Shown: positions 39,030 to 52,674 of the stretch, piece by piece
How the letters are laid out: each line of letters opens with the position of its first letter
Position numbering within the stretch: position 1 is the stretch's first letter
Assembly (NCBI RefSeq): GCF_006345805.1
Contig: NC_043003.1
Coordinates: 24,242,001-24,306,000, forward strand
DNA length: 64,000 nucleotides
Source of the DNA: Octopus sinensis
Lineage: Eukaryota
Direction of reading: 5' to 3'
Notes under the pieces: model-generated
Database searches by the model: none
The model's input: the letters and a program-made list of their open reading frames with translations, nothing else
Told to the model about the DNA's origin: nothing
Translations under genes and position numbers: made by a program

Positions 39030-39497
39030 ATACTCATATGTATTTAAACGATTGACTTCTGGAAAGTTTTGCAGATTTTACTGTTCAAGTGATAGACTAG
39101 TTCTGTAGATTTCGAATTGGCTTTCACCTTTCTGGTTTTGAGAAGCCTAATATCTCAAGATTCGTATTTAGACATTTTCTTTACACATCCCAGGGTCCCA
39201 ATAATTACAGGTATAAACCTGAACTTGTAATCTGGATAGAGTAACTGCAGATTTCTCAATAGTTCAGCATAGATGTTCTCTTTTTCATTGATCTTCAGCT
39301 TTATGTTAACATCCGCTGTGCAGCTAATTTCCGCAACCCTGCACATTTTCTCTTCTCTATCCCAAATCCTTATATCAGGTCTCTTTTTATTGAAGTCTTC
39401 ACTGGTACATTCTACCAGTATTTCTTTTTTATTCTGAGTAGCTATGGCTTCTACCATATTGTGTGTTCTTATTTATTTGTCCTCGGAATTAGACTTT
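39030..39497 (-). mobile_element. R4/Dong-like non-LTR element, REL endonuclease 3' end
   Basis: ORF 39155-39457 RPDIRIWD..EIS...EKENIY..L...IPVIIGTLG is a PD-(D/E)xK REL signature. Confidence 0.82.
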
Positions 39498-39504
39498 GAT
39501 GATC

Positions 39505-39792
39505 GATGTAGTGTTGTAGTTTGATCAGGATAAATGTTGTTGTGTGGTTGGGAAAAGGGAGAAAACTATAAACCAGACTAGTAACATCTCCATCAATGAT
39601 TTGACTGTTTCCTCTGTAGCTGACGAGGAATGTTACAGGTATCTAGGAGTGGATGAAAATATATATAGTACAAAACACGTGTCACTAAAGAATATTACAG
39701 CCGAATAAAGAAAATTTGGACCTCAAAACTCTCTGCATTCAATAAAACAGTGACCCTCAATGTGTTTGCAGTGCCAGTACTCATACCAACGC
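39505..39792 (+). pseudogene. Inverted RT palm/thumb fragment of a REL-type LINE
   Basis: Reads DKC..., EECYRYLGVDEN, then (frameshift) RVTKEYYSRIKKIWTSKLSAFNKTVTLNVFAVPVL. Confidence 0.72.
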
Positions 39793-40206
39793 AGAAATAG
39801 TAACACATTAAATTGGAATCTTTACAACGTTTACATACAAGCTTAGATATACACATACACTGAGAGATATGCATTTATATCAATCTCTTGACCATACAAC
39901 ACTGCACACAACAGAAGACGAATGTTATTTATTCTTAATAGGAACAAAAATTAGCAGAGAAACTTCCCTTACGTCGTCTTATGGTCTGCGTAATGTCACA
40001 ACTTCAAGTTGTAAAATGGGGGTATAATATAGAAATGTGAAGAATGCAATTTTTACTTGCATCAATTTTTTACTCACTTTCTTATGTATACGTGTATAGA
40101 TGATGATACACATACACACACATGTTTACGTATGTACGCATATGATTATGCATATAATTTAGATGCATAGGTATTATATATATATATGTGTGTGTGTGCG
40201 TATTTG

Positions 40207-40237
<31 letters not shown>

Positions 40238-40420
40238 GATATATTATATATATGCATGCATATATGCATACATACATATATATATATAATATATGGATGG
40301 ATGGATGTACATATATATACGCATTATATGCATGTGTATGCAATATATATATATATAATATGAATCTCTATCTATCCATATAATATATAATATATATATA
40401 TATATAATATATATATATAT

Positions 40421-40464
<44 letters not shown>

Positions 40465-40546
40465 ATGCACTTGTATATGTAAGCACTTGATTGTGTATGT
40501 ATGCAAGTATTCGTGGGTATGGTATATATGTGTGAGCATGCACATA

Positions 40547-40605
<59 letters not shown>

Positions 40606-41221
40606 TAATAGATAGATACATACAAACATACATACACACATACATACACACATACATACATACACACATACATACACACATACATACATACATACATACA
40701 TACATACATACATACATACATACATACATACATACATACATACGTACATACATACATACATACATACACACATACATACATACGTACATACATACATACA
40801 TACATACACACATACATACATACACACATACATACATACATACATACATACATACACACATACATACACACATACATACATACACACATACATACATGCA
40901 CACACATACATACATACATACATACATACATACATACATACATACACACATACATACACACATACATACATACACATACATACATACATACATACATACA
41001 CACATACATACATACATACATACACACATACATACACACATACATACATACACACATACATACATACATACACACATACATACATACACACATACATACA
41101 ATACATACATACACACATACATACATACAACATACATACATACATACATACATACACACATACATACATACATACATACATACATACATACATGCATACA
41201 TACATACATACATACATACAT
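40547..41221. repeat. (AAT)n followed by ~600-bp (TACA)n/(CACA) array
   Basis: Directly visible. Confidence 0.95.
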
Positions 41222-42164
41222 AGAACCTTGTCGTGCTTATGAAAGCAAGGCTTTGCGATCATGGCAGTGGAGCATGCTGAAAAACATATTGACAAGCAAT
41301 TACTGTAGAGGGCTTGAAATAAAACGTGTCCTTTAATTAACCAATTTTCATTGTGGAAAATGCGTTGAATAGCATCAACGAAGGAAAAAAGAATTGGACA
41401 AAGAATATTCAGAAGAATTAGATTCGCAATTAAAGAATCATTTTAATTTGAAAATTACATAACTTGAAGAAAAATTAGAGGTTGGAATTTTTCTCTTCAA
41501 CACAGTATCAAGGTCACGTGAAGGTTTAGATCATAGAAGGCGTGTTTCAACTATTTTCGGCACTGATGACGTAATTTTGAGAGTTTACTGTTTAACATAT
41601 TTTATTATAGATGATAGTAACGATGATACAATGTGATCCTTCTTTCTAAGGTCAGTGCTATGTGCATGCCTATGTCAATCCTTAGTTAAATGCAAATATT
41701 TTCTGAACGAAATCAATATTTTCGTCAATAACGATAACGGAAGTTGAAGGCTAACTAGATATCAGCAGAGATTTAGACTAGAGCGCCAGAGAAAGTGAAA
41801 TATAATGAGAGAGGAGGGAATAAATTTGAAGACAGTGAATATCATACAGGATTTGTATACAGCAGTAAGATATCGTAATATTTATTTATAAAAACAAATA
41901 AGTTCAGATTTTCAAATTTTCTTTATGTAAATGACGTAACTGATGATATATAATTCAAAATAGTCTTCGTCTTGTTGCTGTTATATTAGTTGTTGTAATG
42001 TAGTAATTGTTGCTTTTGTTCCTACAACTGATTGACCATCGGTACTGCCCTCATTACGCCAATGATCGAAGACAGTCCAACCGGGAACATCCCATCTTTC
42101 CCGGAGGGTTTTCATTCAAGGACGCATTCTTTCATGCAATATTATTTCCATAGAAAGTGTATAG

Positions 42165-42668
42165 ATGATGATAATGATGATGATGATGATGATGATGATG
42201 ATGGTGGTTGTGCACTCGTGACTAACCATTGCCTATGCAAAATACCGACAATGCCTGTGCATGAAGTTATTACATCCGCGGTCGGCTTCACCCAGGTTTA
42301 TGCTCGAGGCTTCCATGCTCGGCGCGATACCCATCTACTCGACTGCGCTTCAGGAAGTCGCCTCACCGGCGATTGCACAACTTGACATTTTGGGTCCAAT
42401 AAGGCTCTCCTCCTTACTGACATGATCCTGAGATAAGCGAGGGCAAGATACCCAGTTCCAACATGGGTCTCAGGCTCAGAAATGTGAAAACGGTATGATC
42501 CTAAACGCAAGCAAAAGATCACCAAAATATTCAATGCCATTCTCGGCATACCCGGTTTTATATCAGAGTGACCCCGAGATATGTTTAAACGAAAGGTGAG
42601 AGATGTCTCACTCCGAGGGGGCTTCCAGCACACAGACAAAGCCAAACCTGAATTGCGGAGTGCCCGTG
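42165..42668 (-). mobile_element. Probable retroposon 3' segment with (CAT)n tail
   Basis: GC-richer ~470-bp block between (GAT)n and (GATA)n; no recognisable protein. Confidence 0.35.
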
Positions 42669-42672
42669 CTAT

Positions 42673-42760
<88 letters not shown>

Positions 42761-43169
42761 CATATAAACATGCATGTGTACTAACAATTCACATAAAGTA
42801 CCAAAACATCACAAACGGGTGAACATAATAAAAAACGGAGTTTTAAAGATATTTTCCCCAATCGCTTTTTTATATGTATGTGTGTGTAGGATGTCTGTCT
42901 GTTTGTCTATCTGTCTGTCTGTCTGTCTGTGTGTGTGTCGCATTTGCTACATATATATTTTTTAGACAGTATTCTAGTGAACCAACGCGTAATATAAATC
43001 GTTCCTGTAAATTTAAATTACTATTTTTCTGGATAACCAAAATGTTAAGGGTGCCATTTCTAAAAAAAAGAAATTTATCTTCGAAACTGTTCTGAGGGAA
43101 GATTTTCTTTCCTCTCTAGAGAAGATTACGATAATTTCACAGCACAAAACCTTTTAAATAAACAACTAT

Positions 43170-43482
43170 TCTTTTATTCTTTTATTTGTTTCCGTCATTT
43201 GGCTACGGCTATGCTGGAGCACTACCTTGAAGTGTTTTATGCCTAGTACTTATTCTATCTGTCTCTCTTGCCGAAACGCTATGTGACGGGGACGTAAACA
43301 CACCAGCATCGGTAGTCATATATGCGACGGGCTTCTTTCAGTTTCCGTCTACCAAATCCACTCATAAGGCTTTGGTCAGCCCGGAACTATAGTAGAAGAG
43401 ACATACCCAAGGTGTCACGCAGTGGGACTGAACACGGAACCATATGGTTGGGAAGCCAGCTTCTTACTACACAACTACGTCT
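43170..43482 (-). mobile_element. CORE-type SINE lacking the internal microsatellite
   Basis: Tail and head joined directly at ggtagtcatatatgcgacggg. Confidence 0.85.
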
Positions 43483-44309
43483 ACAACTATAGGTATTGTC
43501 TTCATTATACATGTGTCATATATATATATATATATACATATATGTACTTATGTAGGTATGTATGTGTGTACGCATGTATGCATATGTGTGTGTGTATACA
43601 TGTGTCTATGCATATGTGTACATGTATGTACTTATGTATAAATGTATGTATGAATGTATGCATGCATGCGTGTAGGTATACATTTAGAGCAAGTAGGTAC
43701 TAACAGAAAATTTTCCAGAATAAAGTTACCGTTTGTTTCCTACTCCAACAAACTAGAGTTAATACAATGGTTAAAATACATTTAAAACATGTTACCATTG
43801 AGTTTGGTGAGTCATATTATGTAATGTCATGTTATTTTGTGCGTTCCGGAGTGAGTCAGCAATCGGTTTAGAGATCTCTATGGCATTATTTGATAATTTT
43901 TGTCTAAGAAATGGTGCACACAGGATTCTAGACTAAAAGGAGTAAAAGGGAAAAGCTTGGATTTGTTTCAGTTTTGCATGCCTGTCTTAGTTAGCGTGCG
44001 TCATTTTGTGTGTGTATGTATGATTGTTTGTTTGTTTGTTTGCGTGTGTGTGTTTTTGTGTGGGTGCGTCTGTATGTGTGTGTGCTTCTGTGTGTGTGTG
44101 TGTCTGTGTCTGTGTATGTCTGTGTGTGTCTATATGTCTGCGTGTAGAGAGTGTTCTCATCCAAGTTATGAAAGAATACTTAATGAATGCGCGTGAGTGT
44201 GTGCTGGTATGTACACAGATGGATAGATAGACAGACCGGCGGACAGACAGACAGTCCGACAGACAGTCCGACAGACAGTCCGACAGACAGACATAGATAG
44301 ATGGATAGA

Positions 44310-44350
<41 letters not shown>

Positions 44351-44377
44351 GACAGACAGACAGACAGACAGACAGAC

Positions 44378-44439
<62 letters not shown>

Positions 44440-45319
44440 GTACACAGATCTACATGGATACATATACAAAGATGTGTTCTCACACACACACACCACCACA
44501 GATATGCACACACATACACGACGGGCTTCTTTCAAGATCATCTCACAAGGTTTTGGTCCGAACCGGGAACCAAGCAGTTTGGAAGCAAGCTCCATTCCCC
44601 ACAGCTACACCTACATCCCTCCCTCCCTTCATCCATCCCTCCATCCATCCATACATACATACATACGTACATACATACATACATACATACATACATACAT
44701 ACATACATACATACATACATACATACATACATACATACATACATACATACATACATACATACATACATACATACATACATACATACATACATACATACAT
44801 ACATACATGTCCAAAATATTGTACTATAAAACTGCAGATTTAGCATGTCAGGCGTAATGACCTTACACAGTGAAAATAAACTGAACATTAGGAACTTGTG
44901 ATCCAACGGAAAGTATACAATATTAGCTACTATTATCCACCAGACATTAACATAATGTTAAAGATACACTGTATTAACAATTTACGAATGCTTGTTATCC
45001 AACTGGCTTTTAATGTCTGTTGTGTAACAGCCGTTAGTATAATGTTAAAGATGAAAGAAAAAGGTATGTTTTATGGTGGAGTAATGAAAAATATGCTGAT
45101 GCCAAAATTGATCGATATGTTCAGGTTTTTGTTTATAACAGTAATTATTACGGCAGATAGTTATATATCAGACAGTCTTAATACAAACCCAGAAATGGCA
45201 AATTAAGAAATAAGCAATTAAAAGCCATTAATGGAATTGAATGTTTCGGAAGCATTAGAGAAATTTGGCGTTGTTTTAGGTACATGTGTATGTGTGTACG
45301 TGCGTTGGTGTCTCTGTGT

Positions 45320-45386
<67 letters not shown>

Positions 45387-45540
45387 CAAGCGTGAGTGTG
45401 TGTATATGTAGGTATAGATGTATAAGAGCTATGTATGTGTGTATATATGTAAAGTTAAGTATAGTGCTCTTACTTATTTTGTTCTTTGCAATACACATTC
45501 GCAATTATAAACATACAAATACAGTATCTACATACACACA

Positions 45541-45702
45541 GGCGCAGGCGTGGCTGTGTGATACGAAGCTTGCTTCCCAACCACAAAGGTCCGGGTTCAG
45601 TCCCACTGCCTGGCACCTTCAGGAAGTGTCTTCTACTATAGTCACGGACCGACCAAAGCCTTGTGAGTGGATTTAGCAGACGAACACTGATAGAAGCTCG
45701 TC

Positions 45703-45740
<38 letters not shown>

Positions 45741-45761
45741 GCATACATACGTACACACGTA

Positions 45762-45797
<36 letters not shown>

Positions 45798-45993
45798 TTT
45801 GTGTGTCTGTTGTCCCACCATCGCTTGACCACCGATATTGGTGTGTTTGCGTCCCCGTAATTGAGCGGTTCAGTAAAAAAAAAACGATAGAATAAGTACT
45901 AGGTTTACAAAGGCTAAGTATTGGGGTCGATTTGTTCGACTAAATGCGGTGCTCCAGTATGGCCGCAGTCAAATGAGTGAAACAAGTAAAAGA
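45541..45993 (+). mobile_element. Full-length CORE-type SINE
   Basis: ggcgcaggcgtggctgtgtg...gggttcagtcccactg...(TA)n...gcggtgctccagtatggccgcagtcaaatga. Confidence 0.9.
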
Positions 45994-46999
45994 GCATATG
46001 TACATACATACATGCATATATACAAGCATAGCTGTATACATATATGTACGCACACATATAAATATACACAGATACAAACACACATACATATGTGCATACG
46101 TCCTTCCTCGCACATGTGCAAATACAGACATACATGTGCGTATATACATCTATGGATAACAACGTAGTCGCATTCACAGAGACATACATACACACAACCA
46201 AACATGCATACATTCATGCATGCCTATTTGCAGGTGTATATTTACATAAATATATACATGGACTCATAGATACATAAATACATACATACTTCATATATAC
46301 ATACATACATACATACATTCATACATACATATATACATACATACATACATTCATGCATACATACGTATATACATACATGATCATAGACATTCATGCATAC
46401 ATATGCGTATATACATCTATACATAACTACGTATATGCATTCATAGAGACATACATGCATACATTCATAGATGCCTATTTGCAGGCGTATATTTATATTA
46501 ATGTATACATGTACGCATACATATATACATAAGTATACATACACACATACATACATACACACATACATACATGCATGCATACATACATACATACATACAT
46601 ACATACATACATACATACATACATACATACATACATACATACATACATAAACATAGACCTGCAAGCATACATACATTCCTACTTGCAAGCATATGCCCAT
46701 ATTGCAAAAATATAAACATACAGAAATATAAACTTGCTGTAATATACAAAGAAATCAATAAATATGACAGAAATTAGCAAATTTATATAAATTGGTGATA
46801 ATGAGGTCAAATGACCTCCGTTTTCTCCATTTCTTTCCAACTGGGACTGCTTATGTTGCGAAATAAAGAAAGACTAACCAACAGCGACAGCAAACAAACG
46901 TAAATAAAGAATGTTGTCGACAGTCACTTTAAAGTTTCGACCAGCTAAGTCATCTAAGTACATGTTATCATGTACATGTTTTATCTTGGTATAAAAGAT

Positions 47000-47299
47000 T
47001 CATCATTTTTATATTATGCGCCCTTTTCAAGCCTAGCCAGGGTCATGGACCCGGTTCCCCGGTTTCTGTGGCGTATGTCTTCCCCCCAGCTGGACGGGAC
47101 GCCAATCCATCGCAGTGTTACTCAAGAAACAGGAAGAAAGAATGAAATACAACAAGGGTCGCCAACACCCCTTACCGGAGCCTCGTAGAGTTTCAGGTGT
47201 TTTCGTTCAATAAACACACAAACGCTCGGCTGGGAATCGAAACCGCGATCCTCCGACCGCGAGTCCACTGCCCTAACCACTGGGCCACTGCACCTCCAC
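47000..47299 (-). mobile_element. Full-length tRNA SINE with 12-bp TSD
   Basis: TSD ggtataaaagat at 46988-46999 and 47300-47311; A/B boxes on minus strand. Confidence 0.9.
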
Positions 47300-47987
47300 G
47301 GTATAAAAGATATGCTACAACAAATATTCTAATCAATACCACAGATTTGCTTGTCTGATCACGAGAAAAAGTAGCAGGTAAGCATCATATTCATGTGTTA
47401 AGAGGAATATTTTGGGGTTTCAATAATTCACACCCCGAAAATATGGGGGTTATATTTATCATCTTTAAACAAATCTTTTCCAGGTGACCTTTAAGTGGGA
47501 TGGAAAACTCGACTTGAAGAGATTTCTAACTGTTGAGCATGCTCCTTAGTGGCTGAGGAGCAAATGTAATGCGGGAGCATCATAGCTATGTATGAAAGGA
47601 ATTCTTTAGCATTTGAATAAGACACTACTGTAAGCATGGATATTTTGTTCAACATCCTTAAACAAGCCTTTTGAGCGGGATGGGCTACACGACCTTCATT
47701 TGCCCGCTTTCACCGTTGTGTTTAAGTGAAAACTTAAGATTTGGTCATTTTGACTGCCATATTTAGCGTGCCGATATAGCCTGTTACTACCCTTAATTAC
47801 TAATTGATAATTTTTTACCGTTATGGGAATTTTACGCACGCTGAGCCACTGATATTATTAGAAACAATAATATCTTCATATATATATGCATATATATATA
47901 TTATATTATATATATATATATATGCATACATACATACATACATACATACATACATACATACATTATATATATATATATATATATAAT

Positions 47988-48235
47988 AAATTAGGGAATA
48001 AATCCAAATTTACAGGGAAAAAATCAGATTTAGGATTAAATCCAATTTTATAGTAAAATTATATATATTATTAGAGACAAAACCACTATTTTGCAAAACA
48101 AACCTGAAGATGTCGATCAAGACAAGAAACAATTGTAGTGCGGTTTTTTTGACTTTTTATTAAAATTTTATGTATTGATTAAGTCTTTCCTTGTTTGTTT
48201 TGCAAAATAGTGGTTTTGTCTCTATAATATTATAT
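47988..48235. mobile_element. PLE-like terminal fragment in inverted arrangement with hammerhead core
   Basis: Inverted repeat tagagacaaaaccactattttgcaaaacaaac (48072-48103) / gtttgttttgcaaaatagtggttttgtctcta (48193-48224) around CTGAAGA..GAAAC-AATT-GTA. Confidence 0.6.
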
Positions 48236-48255
48236 ATAATATATATATATATATA

Positions 48256-48816
48256 TTGGGTTGTCCGGAAAGTTCGTGCCGATTTATAGTAGCTTATCTT
48301 TCGACTTGTTTTAGAACATGGTTGAATCCATAAAATAGGATTTGACTACACCTCCATTTAGAGCACAGTTTAAGGCATCGTTTCGTGGAAGAAGATTTAT
48401 GTTCCTATAACCTGTGTTAGTTCTGTAACCCTTTAAGATGGAAGATAAGAAAGTTTATTTTCGGCACTTGATGCTTTGGGAACCAGAAAAAATTGCTGCA
48501 GCTCGGCTGGGATGTGGTACCCCACCATCCATATTCACCAGATATTGCTCCTTCGGATTTCCACTTATTCAGGTCTCTGCAGAATAGTCTTAATGGTAAA
48601 AATTTCAATTCCTTGGATGACGTAAAAGGATACCTTGATGAATTATTTGCCATGAAGCCACCTCAATTCTGCGAAGAGGGCATTTTCAAGTTAAAGGAAA
48701 GATGAAAATGCATTGTGCAACAAAATGGTTCATATTTGGTTGATATAAAATGTAATGGCAAGTATTTATTGACCTTTGTCTTGCCTTTAAAAATCGGCAC
48801 GAACTTTCCGGATAAC

Positions 48817-48820
<4 letters not shown>
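48256..48820 (+). mobile_element. Internally deleted mariner element
   Basis: TIRs ttgggttgtccggaaagttcgtgccgattt / aaatcggcacgaactttccggataacccaa, TA flanks; MEDKKVYFRHLMLWE (ATG 48438) joined to HPYSPDIAPSDFHLF C-terminus. Confidence 0.93.
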
Positions 48821-48873
<53 letters not shown>

Positions 48874-49522
48874 ATATATATGCACTCGCAAACACGTACC
48901 CACTCACAAGTAAACACATTTATGTACGTATGTACGTATGTATACAGTGTCAGACGGAAAGTGAAGGAAATCAGACATCTTTCTGCATAAAATATTCAGT
49001 TTCATTTTCTTACGTCAGTTTCTGTAATAACGAGTGAATATCAGTAGGAAACAGAAATGATAATCACTTTTACGCTAATTAAATAGGCGTAAAATGATGC
49101 AACAAAATGATATCTAAAGAAACTAAAGAAACTCCTGTTTTGCTTTTGTTTTTCTTATATGTACTCTGTGACCTATCCAACTGTGGATTCCAACCAAAGA
49201 ATACACTAGCGGTAATACGAGTCTTCTTCTCTCTTTCAATTTTGGCATACGTTTTAAGTGTTGATTATTTGTGGTGCATACGCAAGCTCAAAAGGCAAAC
49301 ACGCTTAATCAGATGTTTAAAGATATAATCTGCCAAAGGTTCTTTCAAAATATGTAAAGTATCCATGTTCAGCTTGTATTTAGATCCGCACATGCAATGT
49401 TTATCGGTAATTGCACATACGTATGTGTGTACGCATATAGATATGGATATGCAGACAGGTACATATACATACATACGAATGTACGTACATACATGCATGC
49501 ATACATACATAATACATATATA

Positions 49523-51129
49523 CAGTTGCGGCCAAAATGTTCAGAACGGCATTGTTTTCGTCAGAAAAGTAAGTATAAGTTTTTATCTAAGTTGTTTTAT
49601 ATTCTATAATTGTCACAGACTATAAATACAATATTAATTGTTATTGTCTGAGATTTTGGTGTAATTTGAGAGGATAATACAAAAGTTATAGATGGTTTAG
49701 TGATTTACTGCAAAACCCATGGCGGCCAAAATGATCAGAATGCTTGAAAAAATAACAAAATAATCAAATGACAGAGAATACTGGAATTATTTAATATTTA
49801 GTGTGAAGCCCTTTAGCTTCAATCACACTCTGACATCTTCGACTGCATGAGGAAATTAAATTTTCAATTTCTTGCTGAGTGATCTTATTCCATTCTTCCT
49901 GAAGGGCATTCCATAATTGCTCAGTTGTTTTAGGATTTCTGGCTTACGAACGTTCTCCTAGAATATTCCATACATTTTCAATAGGATTGAGATCTGGGCT
50001 TTGAGCAGGCCAATCCATAACAATAACCTTTTCAGCCTTGAGGAAGTTCATGACCACCTTAGCCTTGTAACATGGGGCATTGTCCTGCATGAATATAGGT
50101 GGTCGCTTAGTTGAATTTCTCAGCACAGGCAAGATATGATCTTTTACAAGTTGTTTATAAACTCCTGCATTTACCTTTCCATGTAATCGCACCAAAGGGC
50201 CCACACCACCTCCAGATATCATCCCCCAAACCATGACACTTCCTCCACCGAATTTAACACTAGTCTTAAGGCATTTAGGCGACAATTTGTCACCTACTTT
50301 TCTACGAACATACCTTTTCCCATCTGAACCAAATTACATAAACTTAGATTCATCACTGAAATGCACCGTTTGCCATTTTTCTTGAGACCACAACACATGT
50401 TCGGTTGCAAAGGTAAGACGACACTTTTTATTCGTGGAGCTGATCAGTGGCTTCACTCTTGCTTGTAGGTCATGTTCAACTAAACGATGAGACACAGTTT
50501 TTCGAGATAAAGTTTTCTTCAATACAATGCTCATTTTCCGAGAAACAGCAGTAGCAGTTTTAAATCTGTCCTTTTTAACCAACTTTACGATAGCACGATC
50601 TTCTCTCTTGGTCGTTTTTCTTGGCCTACCTGTAAATTTTCTTGCTTCACACGAACCACAATCATCGTCGACCTTAAGAATACCGTGTACAACACTTTTT
50701 GACTTGTTAACAATCTTTGCAATAGATCCAATACTTAAATTATCCTTCCTTCGAAGCTTAATAATCTGCCGACGATTGGAGTAAGAGTAAGTGGCATTAT
50801 ATTAACAAAGTACACTGCAAATATTCTTACTAATGTTTAGTAAACAAACCGTCACGTAAACAAATTCAAAACATTAGAGTTCGCCGTTTAAATATACTAA
50901 AACACGGAGTAAAAGCAACCGTTCTGATCATTTTGGCCGCCATGGGTTTTGCAGTAAATCACTAAATCATCAATAACTTTTGTATTATCCTCTCAAATTA
51001 CACCAAAATCACAGGCAATATCGTATTTATTGTCTGTGAAAATTATAGAATATAAAACAACTTTGATAAAAAATTATATCTACTTTTCTGACGAAAACAA
51101 TGCCGTTCTGAACATTTTGGCCGCCACTG
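49523..51129 (-). mobile_element. Full-length Tc1-family transposon with long IR-DR TIRs
   Basis: cagttgcggccaaaatgttcagaacggc / gccgttctgaacattttggccgccactg, TA flanks; inner repeats ggcggccaaaatgatcagaa (~49721) and ttctgatcattttggccgcc (~50922). Confidence 0.95.
49791..50797 (-). pseudogene. Tc1 DD34E transposase, frameshifted
   Basis: GRPRKT, FSDESKF, GGGSVMVWG, QDNAPC, WPAQSPDLNPIENVW, ends TKY*; split by stops and frameshifts. Confidence 0.93.
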
Positions 51130-51440
51130 TACATACATACATTCAAGACTATTATATTTGATGATCAAATTTCAATGTAAAAGTGTTGTTTGTAGGCGGG
51201 AAACCGGCTTTTTTCTCCATTGAAGGAAAATTGTGAAAATAAAACCTATAATATACGTATTTATATATATATGTGTGTGTGTGTGTGTGTCTGTCTGTGT
51301 GTGTGTGTGTGTATGTGTGTGTCTGTGTGTGTGTGTATGTGTGTGTGCGTGTGTGTGTGTGTGTGTTCGATCGCTCATGTCCATATCTATATGTATTTAT
51401 GTCTGTTGCATAGGGCTTTCCGTGCATATTTACTCTCAGT

Positions 51441-51679
51441 CTTTTACCCTTTTACTTGTTTCAGTCATTTGACTGTGACCATGCTGGAGTACCGCCTTTA
51501 GTCGAGCAAATCGACCTCAGGACTTATTCTTTGTAAGCCTAGAACTTATTCTATCATTCCCTTTTGCCGAACCGCTAATTTACGATGACGTAAACACGCC
51601 AGCATTGGTTCTCGAGCAATGTTGGGGAAACAAACATAGACACACAAACATACACACACACACACACACACACTCACAC

Positions 51680-51724
<45 letters not shown>

Positions 51725-51745
51725 GACAAACACAAAAGACACAAT
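51441..51745 (-). mobile_element. CORE-type SINE 3' half
   Basis: cagtcatttgactgtgaccatgctggagtaccgcc...(CA)n. Confidence 0.87.
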
Positions 51746-51749
51746 TTAA

Positions 51750-51992
51750 TACTATCATGTTCTTAAGAATAAAATCAACCTCTCTGTATGTATATCTACC
51801 ATCTTTATAATGTTGGCAAACGAAATAGACATAAGAAGGTGCATTGTCCGTTTGATTGGAAAATTTCAATAAGTGGCTGAAGATTGCTCGACATTTAAAA
51901 ACTTATATAATACTTACAGTGTTTAATAAAATGAAGTAGCATGATACGATTGTACCACATTACCTCGGATATACTTGTCGCTTATTTTGATT
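51750..51992 (+). mobile_element. Second copy of the hammerhead-bearing repeat (core 51873-51958, GAAAC mutated to GATAC)
   Basis: gtgg-CTGAAGA-[59 nt]-GATAC-gatt-GTA-ccac; aligns to reverse of 31050-31294. Confidence 0.7.
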
Positions 51993-52418
51993 ATATATAT
52001 ATATATATTATCCAAATTTTACAGTATTAAGTGCCCATCACGACTGGTCCTATCAATCAGTTTCGCATAAAGAATACAATAGTGTTGGGTAACAATCCAA
52101 TTATATAACTCTGCGCTCATCAGAGCGTAAGTATAATATATATATATACATACATACATACATACATACATACACACACACACACTCATACATACATACA
52201 TACATACAACATACATACATACATACATACATACATACATACATACATACAAAGTCATAAATGACAGACATATTTAGATGAGCTTTTATTTTAGAATAGA
52301 AAAAATCCTAATATCCTTTTATCTTGTATATTACAATATATTCTATGTACTTTGTACAATGATACATTAAGGAGAGTTTTTTATGAGTACTACGGGATTA
52401 CTTAAATCCGTGTATATA

Positions 52419-52631
52419 CTGTAATCTTTCGCCATATCGGGATTCACCTATTGCGGTTTATTATTTAAGCTTACGCCGATTCCTCTGTGGTGTTATTTTG
52501 CATTTATAATAAAATAAATATATACAAATTATGAAAATAATAATAACAATAAATATACAGTACTGTTTCTACTTCGCGGATTTTCACCTATCGCAGGGGG
52601 TTTGTTACTTTACACCCACGATAGTCGAGGA

Positions 52632-52637
<6 letters not shown>
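52419..52637. mobile_element. Possible pogo/Tigger-type MITE remnant
   Basis: Degenerate TIRs ctgtaatctttcgccatatcgg / ccacgatagtcgaggaagactt with TA flanks; internal ttcacctat repeats. Confidence 0.45.

Positions 52638-52671
<34 letters not shown>

Positions 52672-52674
<3 letters not shown>

Noticed and set aside
40244-41336. Long ORFs (244-325 aa) of MYVC/HTYI repeats, and similar YI, IYLS, poly-I/L/Y ORFs across the window
   Set aside because: Stop-free translations of (TACA)n, (TA)n, (GATA)n and (AAT)n microsatellites; no coding evidence
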